Shown: piece after piece, positions 49,461-62,181 of the stretch
How the letters are laid out: every line of letters begins with the position of its first letter
Numbering within the stretch: the stretch's first letter is position 1
Assembly (NCBI RefSeq): GCF_001194135.2
Contig: NC_068997.1
Location: forward strand, 8,543,720-8,607,719
Direction of reading: 5' to 3'
DNA from: Octopus bimaculoides
Lineage: Eukaryota
Length of the DNA: 64,000 nt
The notes under the pieces: model-generated
Told to the model about the DNA's origin: nothing
The model's input: only the letters and a program-made list of their open reading frames with translations
Database searches by the model: none
Made by a program: the position numbers and the translations under genes

Positions 49461-49896
49461 ACACGTTTCATGAGAATACAGCACAGATTTTAATCCCTTA
49501 TACATACATACATACATATATACAGATTTATCCACGTGAAAGCTTGCCCAGCAATAATGGAGTGAATACGTGAGCAATATATACTCAAAAGTACACGCTG
49601 ATTAAAGCAGAACCCCAAAAATCCACGTGCAAAACAAAGCAATATGCAAATTAGAAGAACTATTATTTGTAGAAATTAATAAAATACAAATACATTTACT
49701 AAACAAGGCAAAGTCACCAAACTGAGTTCGATACTGAGTCAGAGCAGAACTGTATTAGAGCAATATAACAACAACAAAGACATATACATACAAATGAATG
49801 ATTTGAGATGGAATTAAGAAGTATAGAAATCATTATTATGTGTGACTATGGACAGTCATACCAGTTTCCTCATCGCTGTTCACTGACTTTGAATCA

Positions 49897-49953
<57 letters not shown>

Positions 49954-51174
49954 CACATGCACACACACAAATACATACACGTGCGCACTCACACACATAC
50001 ATAGCAGAAGACACTTGGTCATGGTGCCTTGCAGTGGGACTGAGCCTGAAACCATGTGGTTACAAACTGAGTTTCTTAACCACACAGCCATACCATGGTG
50101 AAAAAAAAAAAGTGCAAATTACACCTGGAGATTTGCAGTATTCTAATAACCTGGAAGAANNNNNNNNNNNNNNNNNNNNNNNNNNNNNNNNNNNNNNNNN
50201 NNNNNNNNNNNNNNNNNNNNNNNNNNNNNNNNNNNNNNNNNNNNNNNNNNNNNNNNNNNNNNNNNNNNNNNNNNNNNNNNNNNNNNNNNNNNNNNNNNNN
50301 NNNNNNNNNNNNNNNNNNNNNNNNNNNNNNNNNNNNNNNNNNNNNNNNNNNNNNNNNNNNNNNNNNNNNNNNNNNNNNNNNNNNNNNNNNNNNNNNNNNN
50401 NNNNNNNNNNNNNNNNNNNNNNNNNNNNNNNNNNNNNNNNNNNNNNNNNNNNNNNNNNNNNNNNNNNNNNNNNNNNNNNNNNNNNNNNNNNNNNNNNNNN
50501 NNNNNNNNNNNNNNNNNNNNNNNNNNNNNNNNNNNNNNNNNNNNNNNNNNNNNNNNNNNNNNNNNNNNNNNNNNNNNNNNNNNNNNNNNNNNNNNNNNNN
50601 NNNNNNNNNNNNNNNNNNNNNNNNNNNNNNNNNNNNNNNNNNNNNNNNNNNNNNNNNNNNNNNNNNNNNNNNNNNNNNNNNNNNNNNNNNNNNNNNNNNN
50701 NNNNNNNNNNNNNNNNNNNNNNNNNNNNNNNNNNNNNNNNNNNNNNNNNNNNNNNNNNNNNNNNNNNNNNNNNNTTTTTTTTTGTTCTTTTTTTACTTTA
50801 AATTTTTATATTGCATTTTGTGAAACTATAGCATCTCTGGTAACAGATTTTTAATAGACCAATCATTGGCTCACTACATGTACGATAGCAACAGTGACAA
50901 GGGAACATCTGTGCAACTCAGCAGAATAGAATACCACAAGGCATTTTCATTTGAAAGCATTGGGTTTCTTTTTTTTTTTTTTTTTATTAGTAGAGGGATT
51001 TGGGGGATTTTTTTTCATTTTTTTCTTAGTTTTCTCTTTCTGCTATTGTAATGCACCTGAGTACAGTATACAATAAGCTCGTTATTATCTTTCACAGGTA
51101 TATAACAACAAAAGACACAGATACACAAACACGTGGACATGCTATATATGTGTGTGCGTATACATACATATCTA

Positions 51175-51206
<32 letters not shown>

Positions 51207-51332
51207 TCTGTCTGTCTGTCTATCTATCTATATATCTGTCTGTCTACCTATCTATCTATCTATCTGTTTGTCTGTCTATATATATCTCTCTCTGTCTGTC
51301 TATCTATCTATCTATCTGTCTGTCTATCTATC

Positions 51333-51375
<43 letters not shown>

Positions 51376-51469
51376 ACACATACCAAAGTGTATGTGTGTG
51401 TATGGAAGTATGTGTATGTAAATATATGTGCATGTATGTATGTATGTATGTATGTATGTATAAATTCTT

Positions 51470-52110
51470 CTAGAGTGAGTAGAATAGGTATAGTGTTTAC
51501 TACAAAATGGTTAGATACAGGTAACTGCAATTGAAATAGCCCAAATGAATGATACTAAGTTAAGGTTAGTAATTGACAGGTCAGTATTCACATTAATTTC
51601 ACTGTATACAATCAGGACTGACAAATGAACAAAAGGACAGCTTCTATGAAGCTCTTCGGGCGACCACCTCAATGGCAAACACCAGTAATCTCATTACTGC
51701 AGCAGATGACTTACTTTAACATAATGCTATACAACACCAGAACAGCTTCCAAGGTGTATATGGAGTCTATGGATATGATATGAAGAATCACGGTTCTGGG
51801 AGTTCAATGATGCAAATGACTTAACCATTTGCGGCACTAATTTCAAGAAACCATTCCATCATCTAATTGCCTACAAATTTGGTTTACTCAAAAGCCACAT
51901 AGACTTCCTTCTTTCCAGGAAATGTGATAAACAGATGTAAATGCTAAGTGTTTCCTTGGTGGAGAATTTACCATCCAAGATGGGTTAGAGATTATTATAA
52001 AATAAGAGCTAAATGGAACCAGAGGTTCAAGGTGGAAGGTATGGAAGTGAAAACTGGGATTTTTCAGAAAGAAAAACTGATCGGTTGATTCGTATATTAC
52101 AGGTGCAATC
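51470..52110 (+). mobile_element. RTE LINE AP-endonuclease region, degraded
   Basis: [62 protein letters not shown] in shifting frames. Confidence 0.8.
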
Positions 52111-52284
52111 TGTAAGTGGAACAGTAAAAATAGGCAAGACTTTTCTCAGGTTCCAAATGTGAATTTGTCTGTGTTAACTACATCCCAAAGACGGAGCTTT
52201 GTATCTTTGTTGGAAACCGGCTCCCTCCTCAGTGGAAGATTTATGATAATTAAAAAATAGAAGAGACATACATACATACATATA

Positions 52285-52430
52285 TATGATGGGTTTCCAC
52301 ACAGTTTCCATCTACCAAATTCAGTGACAAAGCATTGATCGACCCAGTGCTATAGTAGAAGTCACTTGCCCAAAGTGTCTTGCAGTAGGACAGAACTCAA
52401 AATCATATGCTTGCAAAGTGTGTTTCTTAA
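52285..52430 (-). mobile_element. SINE family A, 5' half
   Basis: cagtttccatctaccaaattca..gctatagtagaag.cacttgccca. Confidence 0.7.
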
Positions 52431-52712
52431 GAAGGAGATCAAATTGATTGAAGTATGGCAAAGATGTAAATTTGTAAAATAAAATAAAAACGATAATCTC
52501 CAAAGATAAAGTTAGTAACATTCAAAATAATTATATTTATGGTAAAATTTTTCAGAAGCCACACATAGAAATCTTATTAACCTGCTACTTTATTCAGTAA
52601 CATGTTGGATAACATGGGCAAAATTTCCTTTGATCAAGCATAACAGACTGTTTTCCTTCACTTGTAAAATATTTAAAATAAAATACATCTGAAAATTCAT
52701 TTGTGTCCTAAA

Positions 52713-52763
<51 letters not shown>

Positions 52764-53529
52764 ACAGAATCAAAAGTGATTGACCAGTCATTATTGATTC
52801 TTTTCTCTCTGTTCTTTGTGTCTGTATCTATATGTAGATTTAATCGGTAAATGTATTGCATTCAACCTTTTATTAGTCCTCAGAAACTTGAATTTAATAT
52901 CTATAAATAAGTTATCCAAATATATCATAGCTATCTCATAAATATTTTGCTACAAATCAACATTTATTAGTTTATGTTGTGTTACCGTGAATGTAAATAT
53001 ACTTCATTATTGAGTTACAAAGTCTGCAGATTGGCAGAAAATCTACAGCAAAACTAAAATGTCTTACCATATTTAAGTTAAATATTTTTATGTTGTAGGT
53101 TCAAGTTTCTTAAGCATCAAATTTATCTCTCATCACCAACAAGGTCAATGACATTAGTGTTTGCTATGTCCAGAAGTTGAATAATTAACCCCCTCCCCCG
53201 CCTACCATACACATTTTTCGCAGTGATCAATTCAAGAAGCTAATGTTTTGTTCTTTTATTGTCTTTAGTCATTGGATTGCAGCCATGCTTGAGTACCACC
53301 TTCTGAGGTTTTAGCCAATCATATTGCGGTATTTGAAAAAATGTATAATTCGCCTACCTCACAGGTCCTCTTTTAATATCAATCCTTTTCAAGTGGGATA
53401 TATCCATGGGAGTCCCACATACCTAACCTCTGACCAGAACCTAATGGCAAATTCCCTCACCTCATATGGCCACCTTGTCTGTCCTGAGCAACTGTGAAAG
53501 AGGCCCATGCTAGTCATCCTTCCACTCAC

Positions 53530-54303
53530 ATGTAAAAGCACCACTGATGCGATATTTCTGATAAGACAGCTGCAGGAGAAATACCTAGCCAAAGATAAAC
53601 CTCTGTACCTGGCTTTCGTTGACATGGAGAAAGCCTTCGGCAGGGTCCCCCGATCCCTTATCTGGTGGTCAATGACGAAACTAGGGATAGATGAATGGTT
53701 AGTGAGAGCTGTGCAAGTCATGTACAGGGACGCTGTCAGTAAAGTGAGGGTTGGCAACGAGTACAGTAAAGAATTCTGGGTAGAGGTAGGGGTCCACCAA
53801 GGACCTGTTGAGACAAGTGAAGTCGAAATCAAATTTGATGACAGCATCGCATGACTAGCATCCATGCCAGTGGAGCACTAAGAACACCATCCGAGCATGA
53901 TCGTTACCAGGGCTGCTGACTGGATCTCATGCCAGTGGCATGTAAAAAGCACCATTTGAACATGTCTCTTTACTGGCACTTGTGCCGTTGGCATGCGAAA
54001 AACAACATTCGACTGAGGTCATTGTCAGTGCCGCTGGACTGGCTCCTGTGCAGGTGGCAAGCAAAAAACACCATTTGAGCGTGGCCATTGTCAGTACCGC
54101 CTGACTGGCCGTCGTGCTGGTGGCACGTAAAAGCACCCACTACACTCTTGAAGTGGTTGGGGTTGGAAGGGCATCCAGCTGTAGAAAGTCTGCCAGATCA
54201 GATTGGAGCCTGGTGCAGCCATCTGGTTTCAGCAGTCCTCAGTCAAACCGTTCAACTCATGCCAGCATGGAAAGTGGACATTAAACGATGATGATGATGA
54301 TAA

Positions 54304-54305
<2 letters not shown>
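53530..54305 (+). mobile_element. RTE LINE RT fragment joined to the ORF end, 3' UTR and (GAT)n tail
   Basis: ORF 53507-53854: KSTTDAIFLIRQLQEKY..LYLAFVDMEKAFGRVPR..EVGVHQG, then an abrupt jump to ..DDSIA*; the 3' UTR matches the short copies elsewhere. Confidence 0.9.
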
Positions 54306-54341
<36 letters not shown>

Positions 54342-54351
54342 ATACACACAC

Positions 54352-54495
54352 ATACGACAGGCTTCTTTCAGATTCTATGGCTGGCTTGGTGTTATAGTTG
54401 GAGAGACTTGTCCAAGGTAAAACACAGTAGGACTGAACCCAGAGCCATGCGGTTGGGAAGCAAGCTTCTTACCACACAGTCATGCCGGTGCCTAT
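54352..54495 (-). mobile_element. SINE family A, 5' part
   Basis: acgacaggcttctttcag..gactgaaccc..aagcttcttaccacacagtca. Confidence 0.65.
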
Positions 54496-55414
54496 ATACC
54501 TCATGGTATGATTAAATGATCACTTTCACGAGACATTTGCTGATATATGTTGTTTGTATTACTTTTCTCCTTTTAGAATTTTTATACAACTGACAGAATT
54601 TCAATCGTAGGAAACCTTCAGCTATGTCATCCATGTTTATATACTCTACTCTCTCTCCCTCTCTTTCTCACAGCCTTTCTTTCTCCCCCTCTATCTACCC
54701 TCTTCTTTTCTCCCTCTCCCCTCTCCCACTCATTCTCTCTCTTTTGGTGGGAGAGTCAAGATTGGGCATTATAAACATTGTGATCGATTGTCTCAGTTCC
54801 TTCCAACACTTAAACACACACACACACACACCGCTCGTTCCACATTCTGTTGTCTTTGGTAGGTTCTGGGAAGGAGATTTCACTCAATGTACAGCAATGC
54901 CAAGAAAATAATAAAAATCATATAGGTGAAGAAAAAAATACCCAAGATTCTGTGGAATTGGAAATAGCTAACGACAAAGAAAAGAATGAAGAAGAGAGGG
55001 GGGAAGGGGGTGGGGAGATGATAAAAGACAAGGAAATAAAGGCATAAAGTCGATATATTAACATTTGCTATATTTCAACTTATGTTGATGACAGGTTGGC
55101 TTATAAGCTAGCTTAACTTATCAACAAAATAAAAAATATATTTGTGTATATAAAAAAAAAGCTTATTAATGGTAAAATCTTTTTAAAGTCACAACCTACT
55201 GTCTTAAAAAGCAAAGAAAAAAAAAACAAAAAAATCCCAGAAGGATGGACACATTGGTTAATATAATCCTAGGTTTTTCTGTGTTGAAGTATATGAAGGG
55301 ATGGTCATAGCTGGAAGTCCAATGATCATTGATTTACTTGAACAGGACTGACCTAGGGCTAAATGACAATAAATCTTCAGAGATGAAATACTTTTCAAGG
55401 TTTATATTTATATA

Positions 55415-55550
55415 TAGGTGCAGGCGTGGCTGTGTGGTAAGAAGCTAGTTTCCTGACCATACAGTTCTGGGTTCAATCTTACTATAGCTCCAGAGCAATC
55501 AAAGCCTTTTGAGTGGATTTGACAGACAGAAACTGAGAGAAGCCCATAAT
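55415..55550 (-). mobile_element. SINE family A head (+) and body, partial
   Basis: ggtgcaggcgtggctgtgtggtaag..cagaaactgagagaagccc; this text reads on the + strand, so orientation is uncertain by eye. Confidence 0.4.
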
Positions 55551-55569
55551 TTGTGTGTGTGTGTGTGAA

Positions 55570-55893
55570 GGTACATGGCTCAGTGATTAGAGCATTGGGC
55601 TCACGATCATGAGGTAGTGAGTTCAATTCCTGGACTGGGCTGTGTGTTGTGTTCTTGAGCAAGACACTTTATTTCATGTTGTTCCAGTTCACTTAGCTGT
55701 AGGAATGAGCTGCAATGTCACTGGTACCAAGCTGTATTGGCCGTAAGCCTTTCCCTTGGATAACGTGGGAGGCTGGTATGCATGGGCGACTGCTGGTCTT
55801 CCATAAACAACCTTGCTCAGACTTGTGCTTCAGAGGGGAACTTTCTAGGTGCAATCCCATGATCATCCATGACAAAAGAGGTTTTTTACCCTT
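55570..55893 (+). mobile_element. SINE family D variant
   Basis: Near-identical to 1772-2058. Confidence 0.82.
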
Positions 55894-55924
55894 TATGTGT
55901 GTGTGTGTGTGTGTGTCCTTATGT

Positions 55925-56150
55925 GTCTGTGTATATGTATGTGTGTGCGTTTTTGTGTCCGCCGCCCACCATCATTTGACAACTAGTGTTGGTTTGTTTA
56001 CATCCTCATAACTTAGTGAGTTGACAAAAGAGACCAATAGGCTTAAAAACACAAGCACTTGGGGGTCAATTTGCTTTATCAAAACCCTTCAAGGTGATGC
56101 CGCAGCATGGCCAGAATCCAGTGACTGAAACAAATAAAAGATAAAAAAGA
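55925..56150 (+). mobile_element. SINE family A, diverged 3' half
   Basis: tttgtgtcc..aaagagacc..cagcatggcc..tgactgaaacaaataaaag. Confidence 0.7.
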
Positions 56151-56747
56151 TAAAAGAACTACATGAAAGCACACAGAATTTTCTCATCTCCAAAGATTAA
56201 AGTTAAGAGTAAAACAAATTATAAACTTATTAGCAATGACTCATCTCAAATATTTAAACATTTCATCACCAAACAATATTGTATACTCTTCTATTAAGAA
56301 TAGTGATGTCATGATGGTCGTTAAAAGGACAACGGCTTCTCTGTTGTACTCACCCCAACCCCTACAAACACACACACACATACCTTATTCAATGATACGG
56401 CTCACTCACTCTACTTGAACAAGAATATATATATANNNNNNNNNNNNNNNNNNNNNNNNNNNNNNNNNNNNNNNNNNNNNNNNNNNNNNNNNNNNNNNNN
56501 NNNNNNNNNNNNNNNNNNNNNNNNNNNNNNNNNNNNNNNNNNNNNNNNNNNNNNNNNNNNNNNNNNNNNNNNNNNNNNNNNNNNNNNNNNNNNNNNNNNN
56601 NNNNNNNNNNNNNNNNNNNNNNNNNNNNNNNNNNNNNNNNNNNNNNNNNNNNNNNNNNNNNNNNNNNNNNNNNNNNNNNNNNNNNNNNNNNNNNNNNNNN
56701 NNNNNNNNNNNNNNNNNNNNNNNNNNNNNNNNNNATATATATATATA

Positions 56748-57080
56748 TAGGTGCAGAAGTGACTGTGTGGTGCCTTGGGCAAGTGTGTTCTACTATATCC
56801 TCAGGCCGACCAAAGCCTCGTGAGTGGATTTGGTAGACAGAAATTAAAAGAAACCCCATCGTATATATATATATATATGCTTATATATGTGTATGTGTAT
56901 ACGTTTGTGTGTCTGTGTTTGTCCCCACCAACATCGCTTGACAACCGATGCTGGTGCATTTACATCCCTGTAACTTAGCGGTACCAGGCTCACAAAGAAT
57001 AAGTCCTGGAGTCGATTTGCTCAACTAAAAGTGGTGCTCCAGCATGGCTGCAGTCAAATGATTGAAACAAATAAAAGAAT
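56748..57080 (+). mobile_element. SINE family A with internal deletions
   Basis: ggtgcagaagtgactgtgtgg..gccttgggcaagtg..acaaagaataagtcc..tgaaacaaataaaagaa. Confidence 0.8.
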
Positions 57081-57409
57081 ATATATGTGCATATATACAC
57101 ACATAAACACTCGTACACACACACAAGACGTTAAAATATAAATGGAAAATTATACATCTACACATCTTTTTTTTTTATTATTACAGTCTTAATACGCAGC
57201 ATATTCTCTTTAAACCTCTATCCAACATGTTTCTGCTGCATGGATATCTTGTCATGTGGTGTCCATATGCACCCTGTTGGTTTGGTTTGGCTACAATAAG
57301 ATTTCATCCTGGTCAAAAAGTATCCATGCAGCTCTATTCAAGGTGGTGCCACTTGTAGAGTTTGAAGTTGAGCAGGTAAATTCATTACACATCGGAAAAA
57401 TGCTTACTC

Positions 57410-57650
57410 TCTCTTTTACTTGTTTCAGTCATTTGACCGTGGCCATGCTGGAGCACTGCTTTTTAGTCGAGCAAGTCGACTCCCAGGACTTATTCTTTGT
57501 AAGCCTAGTACTTATTCTATCGGTCTCTTTTGCCGAACCGATAAGTTACGGGGACATAAATACACCAGCATCGGTTGTCAAGCGATGTTGGTGGGGACAA
57601 ACACAGACACACAAACACACACATATATATGCATATATACGATGGGCTTC
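57410..57650 (-). mobile_element. SINE family A, 3' half
   Basis: tcttttacttgtttcagtcatttgac..cggtctcttttgccgaaccg. Confidence 0.88.
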
Positions 57651-57942
57651 TTTCCTCATAAATACGATACCAGTCCATTGCAGCATAATTTGTTTACAGT
57701 TGAGTGGACTGGGGCAATGTGAAATGAAGTGTCTTGTTCAAGAACACACTGCATCACTTGGTCTGGGCATCAAAACCACAATCATGAGAAAAAACACCCA
57801 AAACCACCAAGCTACACACTTTCATACACGAAGTGTATTCCCACAGCCATATTGTTAACATTTATAATCAGTGTCGCGAGGTTCCTTCTAATTCAATATA
57901 TACATTGCTCACTCTTAGCCTGTCAGTTGGACATATGCTTGG

Positions 57943-57973
57943 CTAAGGAGGTCTAATAAGACCGAAACATATC
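57943..57973 (+). ncRNA. Degenerate hammerhead-like remnant
   Basis: CTAAGGA-GGTC-taataa-GACC-GAAA-catatc; perfect 4-bp stem II, G5A core change, stem I poor. Confidence 0.3.
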
Positions 57974-59099
57974 AGTTGCTTTTTACAGCTACTTAAAGAA
58001 GTATATCCACTCCAACCTCCATTGATCATATCGTTTAAATATTTCAATCAGCTGAGCTTATGGGAATTACCTCCCTTAGGGTTCTTTTTTCTTTTAACTA
58101 ATTGCTTGTGTATCTCTTTCTCAATAAGTTGTATTACCTAAGAGAAATCCTACTGTGTATTTCGTTTGCATAATGCTCCTTCAGGTATTATCCTTAGCCA
58201 TACCGTATGCCCTGTAATCTTTTTTCTTTTTTTTAGATATGTCTCCCTTTGTCATTCCAAGCACTTTCTTACGGAGATTGTTCCAGCTTTTCAACCCGAA
58301 CATTCACAATATCTCGTATCTCCAGGAGTCCTTTCCCCCCCCTTTCTTCTCTGATCGTAAATATTTTTTCTTTTCTTTAGCATAAAAATGAAGACATTGT
58401 GTATTAAGATTGCCAATCCTCTCATCCAAACAATTCTTTTATAATATAACTCTATATATTACATAAAATACACGTATGTGATTTTATGACATATAAATAG
58501 ACAAATGGATATAAAAAGACAGATAGAAAGATGGATATGGCGTCAATCTCTAAGTATATTAACAGTATAAACTACTCCGCCAATCTCTTGCTTTTATTGT
58601 TATTCGAAGCTTTTTCTGCTCCCGCCAAAACTACATTCGGCAAGACGCGCACACACACACAAAGGATTTAGTCAGAACATTAGTCCACACACACACACGC
58701 ACGCATAAAGTAGTAGCATTAAATCAGTGAGAATTGTTCAAATTTTTAATTCTCTTCCAGAAGGGTTAAAAAGCNNNNNNNNNNNNNNNNNNNNNNNNNN
58801 NNNNNNNNNNNNNNNNNNNNNNNNNNNNNNNNNNNNNNNNNNNNNNNNNNNNNNNNNNNNNNNNNNNNNNNNNNNNNNNNNNNNNNNNNNNNNNNNNNNN
58901 NNNNNAATCAGTGAGAATTGTTCAAATTTTTAATTCTCTTCCAGAAGGGTTAAAAAGCTTCAACAATCGTTTACACAAACATTCATTGCAAATGTTGATT
59001 GTATTGAACTGATAAAGTACATGTACACACACATTTATTATAAACATACACAAATACATGTGTGCGTATGCGCACGTGTATGTATTGATAGTTTTGTGG

Positions 59100-59365
59100 A
59101 GTTTAAAATAGAAGTGTATGATAGAGAAGGGAGAGAGAGAGAGGAGAAGAAGAGAGAAGGCTTGTGGAAAGGGAGAGTGAGAAAGACAGTGGGCAAAGGA
59201 GAGAAAGAAAGAAAAAATAGTGAGGGAAGGAGGAAGAAAGGAAGACAAAGTGAGGGAGGAAGAGAGATAGTGAATGAAAGAGCTGGGAGAATAAAAGAGA
59301 AATAGAGAGGAAGGGAGAGAGAGTAAGACAGAAAGAGAAAGAGATCGTGAGGGAGGGAGAAAAGA
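59100..59365. repeat. Purine-rich (GA) tract
   Basis: Visible directly. Confidence 0.85.
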
Positions 59366-59384
59366 TAATGTTCATATGTTGTGG

Positions 59385-59392
59385 TGACGTCA
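59385..59392. promoter_or_regulatory. Full palindromic CRE (TGACGTCA) in a small GC/CpG patch
   Basis: gtggTGACGTCAcacccgccggcagcagcagc; the motif is present, its function is inferred only. Confidence 0.35.
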
Positions 59393-60195
59393 CACCCGCC
59401 GGCAGCAGCAGCAGCAGTGGCTACAAGCGCTCAACTTAAAATTGTACAAAATCATCATTACATACACACAGAAAAGAATTTTTACACACACATACATGCA
59501 TAGAAAATGTAGTTTTATTACTTTTACACACTTTCACTTTAATAATTCCCTTGTTTCATGCTCAAATAACTGCCACCATAACTGTTCTTTCTCATCACCA
59601 GTAACAACAGCAACACACGCGCGCATATTTATAAACGAAACAAAACAAGTCGAAAGCCAAAAATACAAAGAAAACTATCACACACACATATATATATATA
59701 TACATGTGTGCACACACACACATATGAGACTTAAAGGAAAATCAATAAATGAAAAGAAAAAATATATAAAGACCACTCGATCTTTCTCCTACTCGTTTAC
59801 TCTTGTTTTTCTTATTTTATTAATGTCTCTTTCTTTGTTTTTCTTTCTTTTATTAATTCTGTCATCTAACTCAGCCTCGATCCCTTTTCTACTTGTTTAA
59901 AGAGTAATTCCATTCTGGTTGGTACCACCCGAAAAACGTGTATATTTCAGCCTTCCAGCGACAACACCACTTCTAAGATTAAAACAGGGCTCTTCTAAAA
60001 ATAAATAAATAATGACCCTTACACATAAGCTATTTGCTGCCGCTGTCATTGGATCTCTAAGCATTAAGATATTTTATATGCGTTCAGATGGTTCTATATA
60101 TATATATATATATATATATAATTAGCACAGGGCCTCCGAGATAAGTAGGAAGGCGGAATGAAGGTATACTCAGACCAAAGATCTGGCCCTAATGC

Positions 60196-60230
<35 letters not shown>

Positions 60231-61806
60231 CATAAACGATCTTAGTTCAAATCTCATTGGGAGTCAACTTTGCTTCATCTTTTTCGGTGTATAATAAAAA
60301 AAAAATTCAATGTTGGTGTCCTGGACAGTGGATGGGCCCTGGTGGAACTATAAGAACGTCGAACTGGTTGCTTTGTGGTATTTGCTTCGGCGCTTTGCGT
60401 TCTGTGTTCAAATTCTGTCGTGGCTAACTTAGGTAGTATATTTAATCCGTCACCCTGTTTAGCATCACCACCTGGCAGCTTTCGTGTCTTAAATAATCAA
60501 CTCTGTTGCGAGCATTAGGGTCAGGTCTTTAGTAGTTTGAGTATACCTTCATTCCGTCCTCCAACTAATTAATAACAGAGGGCCTGTACCCACGGAGGCC
60601 CTGTACCAATTATATAACTTTTGAGTAGATAGTTTGGAAAAACACAATGCACTGTAACATCCCTCCTTACTCACAAATTTCGGGTTATGTCTAAATAAAC
60701 GTAAGGAGTACTTTGTACGTCTCAAAGTTTTGGTGCTGCTTTTTCAGTTTCAATTTGAAATCTTAAAAAGACAACAACAAAAACATTAACTCAAACACAA
60801 ACCGTGTGTTTTGTATTTTTAAAAATATCGCAAACAATAACGTGTCTCTGCAGTGTAATTTGCATTTGTCATTCATATTTGAAGCTAAGAGGGATTCCTT
60901 CTTCCTTTTCCCGAGTTTCATTCAAAAAGTTGCTTAAAATTTTGCTATTCCATTATATATATATATATATACACATATATCATCACAATAATATATATAT
61001 ATTTCTCGTGCCATTCTATTCCTTTTAACCGAGAGTCCGCCGTCATCGTATCCTCGTCCCACAAAACTGATTAAGCTTGACTGATCAAATTGGCTCCTTG
61101 TCGAAGAAAGGGAATCGTTTTCTTCTACCACTCAACATTCTCTACAACATCTCTACCCCATCCAACCACCGCAATTAGTGTCAGCTCTTTCCAATCCCAA
61201 CTCAACTAAGGCCTCATTCAAAGGTCTTGACTCTTTACTTTAAGATGTCCCCTTCTCTCCATACATTTTATATTGAGTGGGATCCACTATGGGGTAGAAT
61301 AAACTGCAGCTTTCCTTTGTGCGTGCCTTGCTTTTTTGTTTGTCCTTATGATCGACACAATCATATCGAAAGCGTGAAATAAGTTACATGGGCAGTTTAA
61401 AATGTGTTTGTGTATATATGTACGCGTGCGTAGTTTTATCCAGATTAAAATTATTGTCTACACACACACACAACTACCAGTGCCAGCTTTATGTCTTTTA
61501 ACTATATTACCTCTGTGATATATAAATAAATATTTAGATAGATAGACACACACTACATCCGTTATTTATCTGTTGTGGTAGCATGTAGTAGGTTCTCTCT
61601 CTCTATCACCCACACTGTCTGTATCTCCCTACACTCTCTCTTTCACTTCTAGTACCGTCACCACCACCACAACTATCATCGTCACTAAGCAGCAGGAGAA
61701 CCGGCTTCGCCACCACCACCACCACCACCATCACTACCATCATCATCACAATAATAATACAGGCTTTATTGACCATTATTTCTCCTTTTTCTTCTCGCTC
61801 TTTCAG

Positions 61807-61922
61807 CCGTTTATCTCCGACATATTTATTCGTACTTTAGCTTTAGTAGCTCGTGTAAGTTTTTCTGCAGCGCTAACCAACTCTGAGTGGTTTTCTTGTC
61901 CTAACCAGAGGGGACGCCCAAG
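61807..61922 (+). other. Candidate spliced exon, probably 5' UTR
   Basis: Long polypyrimidine tract + TTTCAG acceptor (ends 61806); AAG|GTAAGT donor (intron starts 61923); CpG-retaining, no ATG. Confidence 0.4.
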
Positions 61923-62097
61923 GTAAGTCCCAGAAAAATTCGAACAAACTTTCGCTACCAAAACCAATCAAACAAAAACAAAACATTTCTTTGGAAGGAC
62001 TTTACGTATAAATATGACATTTTCTCTCTCTCTCGTTCTTTCTTCCTTCCGTCCTTGCAGTTAAATTCGTTTTAATTGACAGATATTGCTGGCTGTG

Positions 62098-62181
<84 letters not shown>

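Noticed and set aside
58721-58960. Direct repeat around a gap
   Set aside because: The same ~54 bp precedes and follows the N-run; likely a scaffolding overlap.
61340-61385. CTTATGA...TCGAAAGCGTG weak hammerhead resemblance
   Set aside because: Core mismatch, G at the cleavage position and no stem I.
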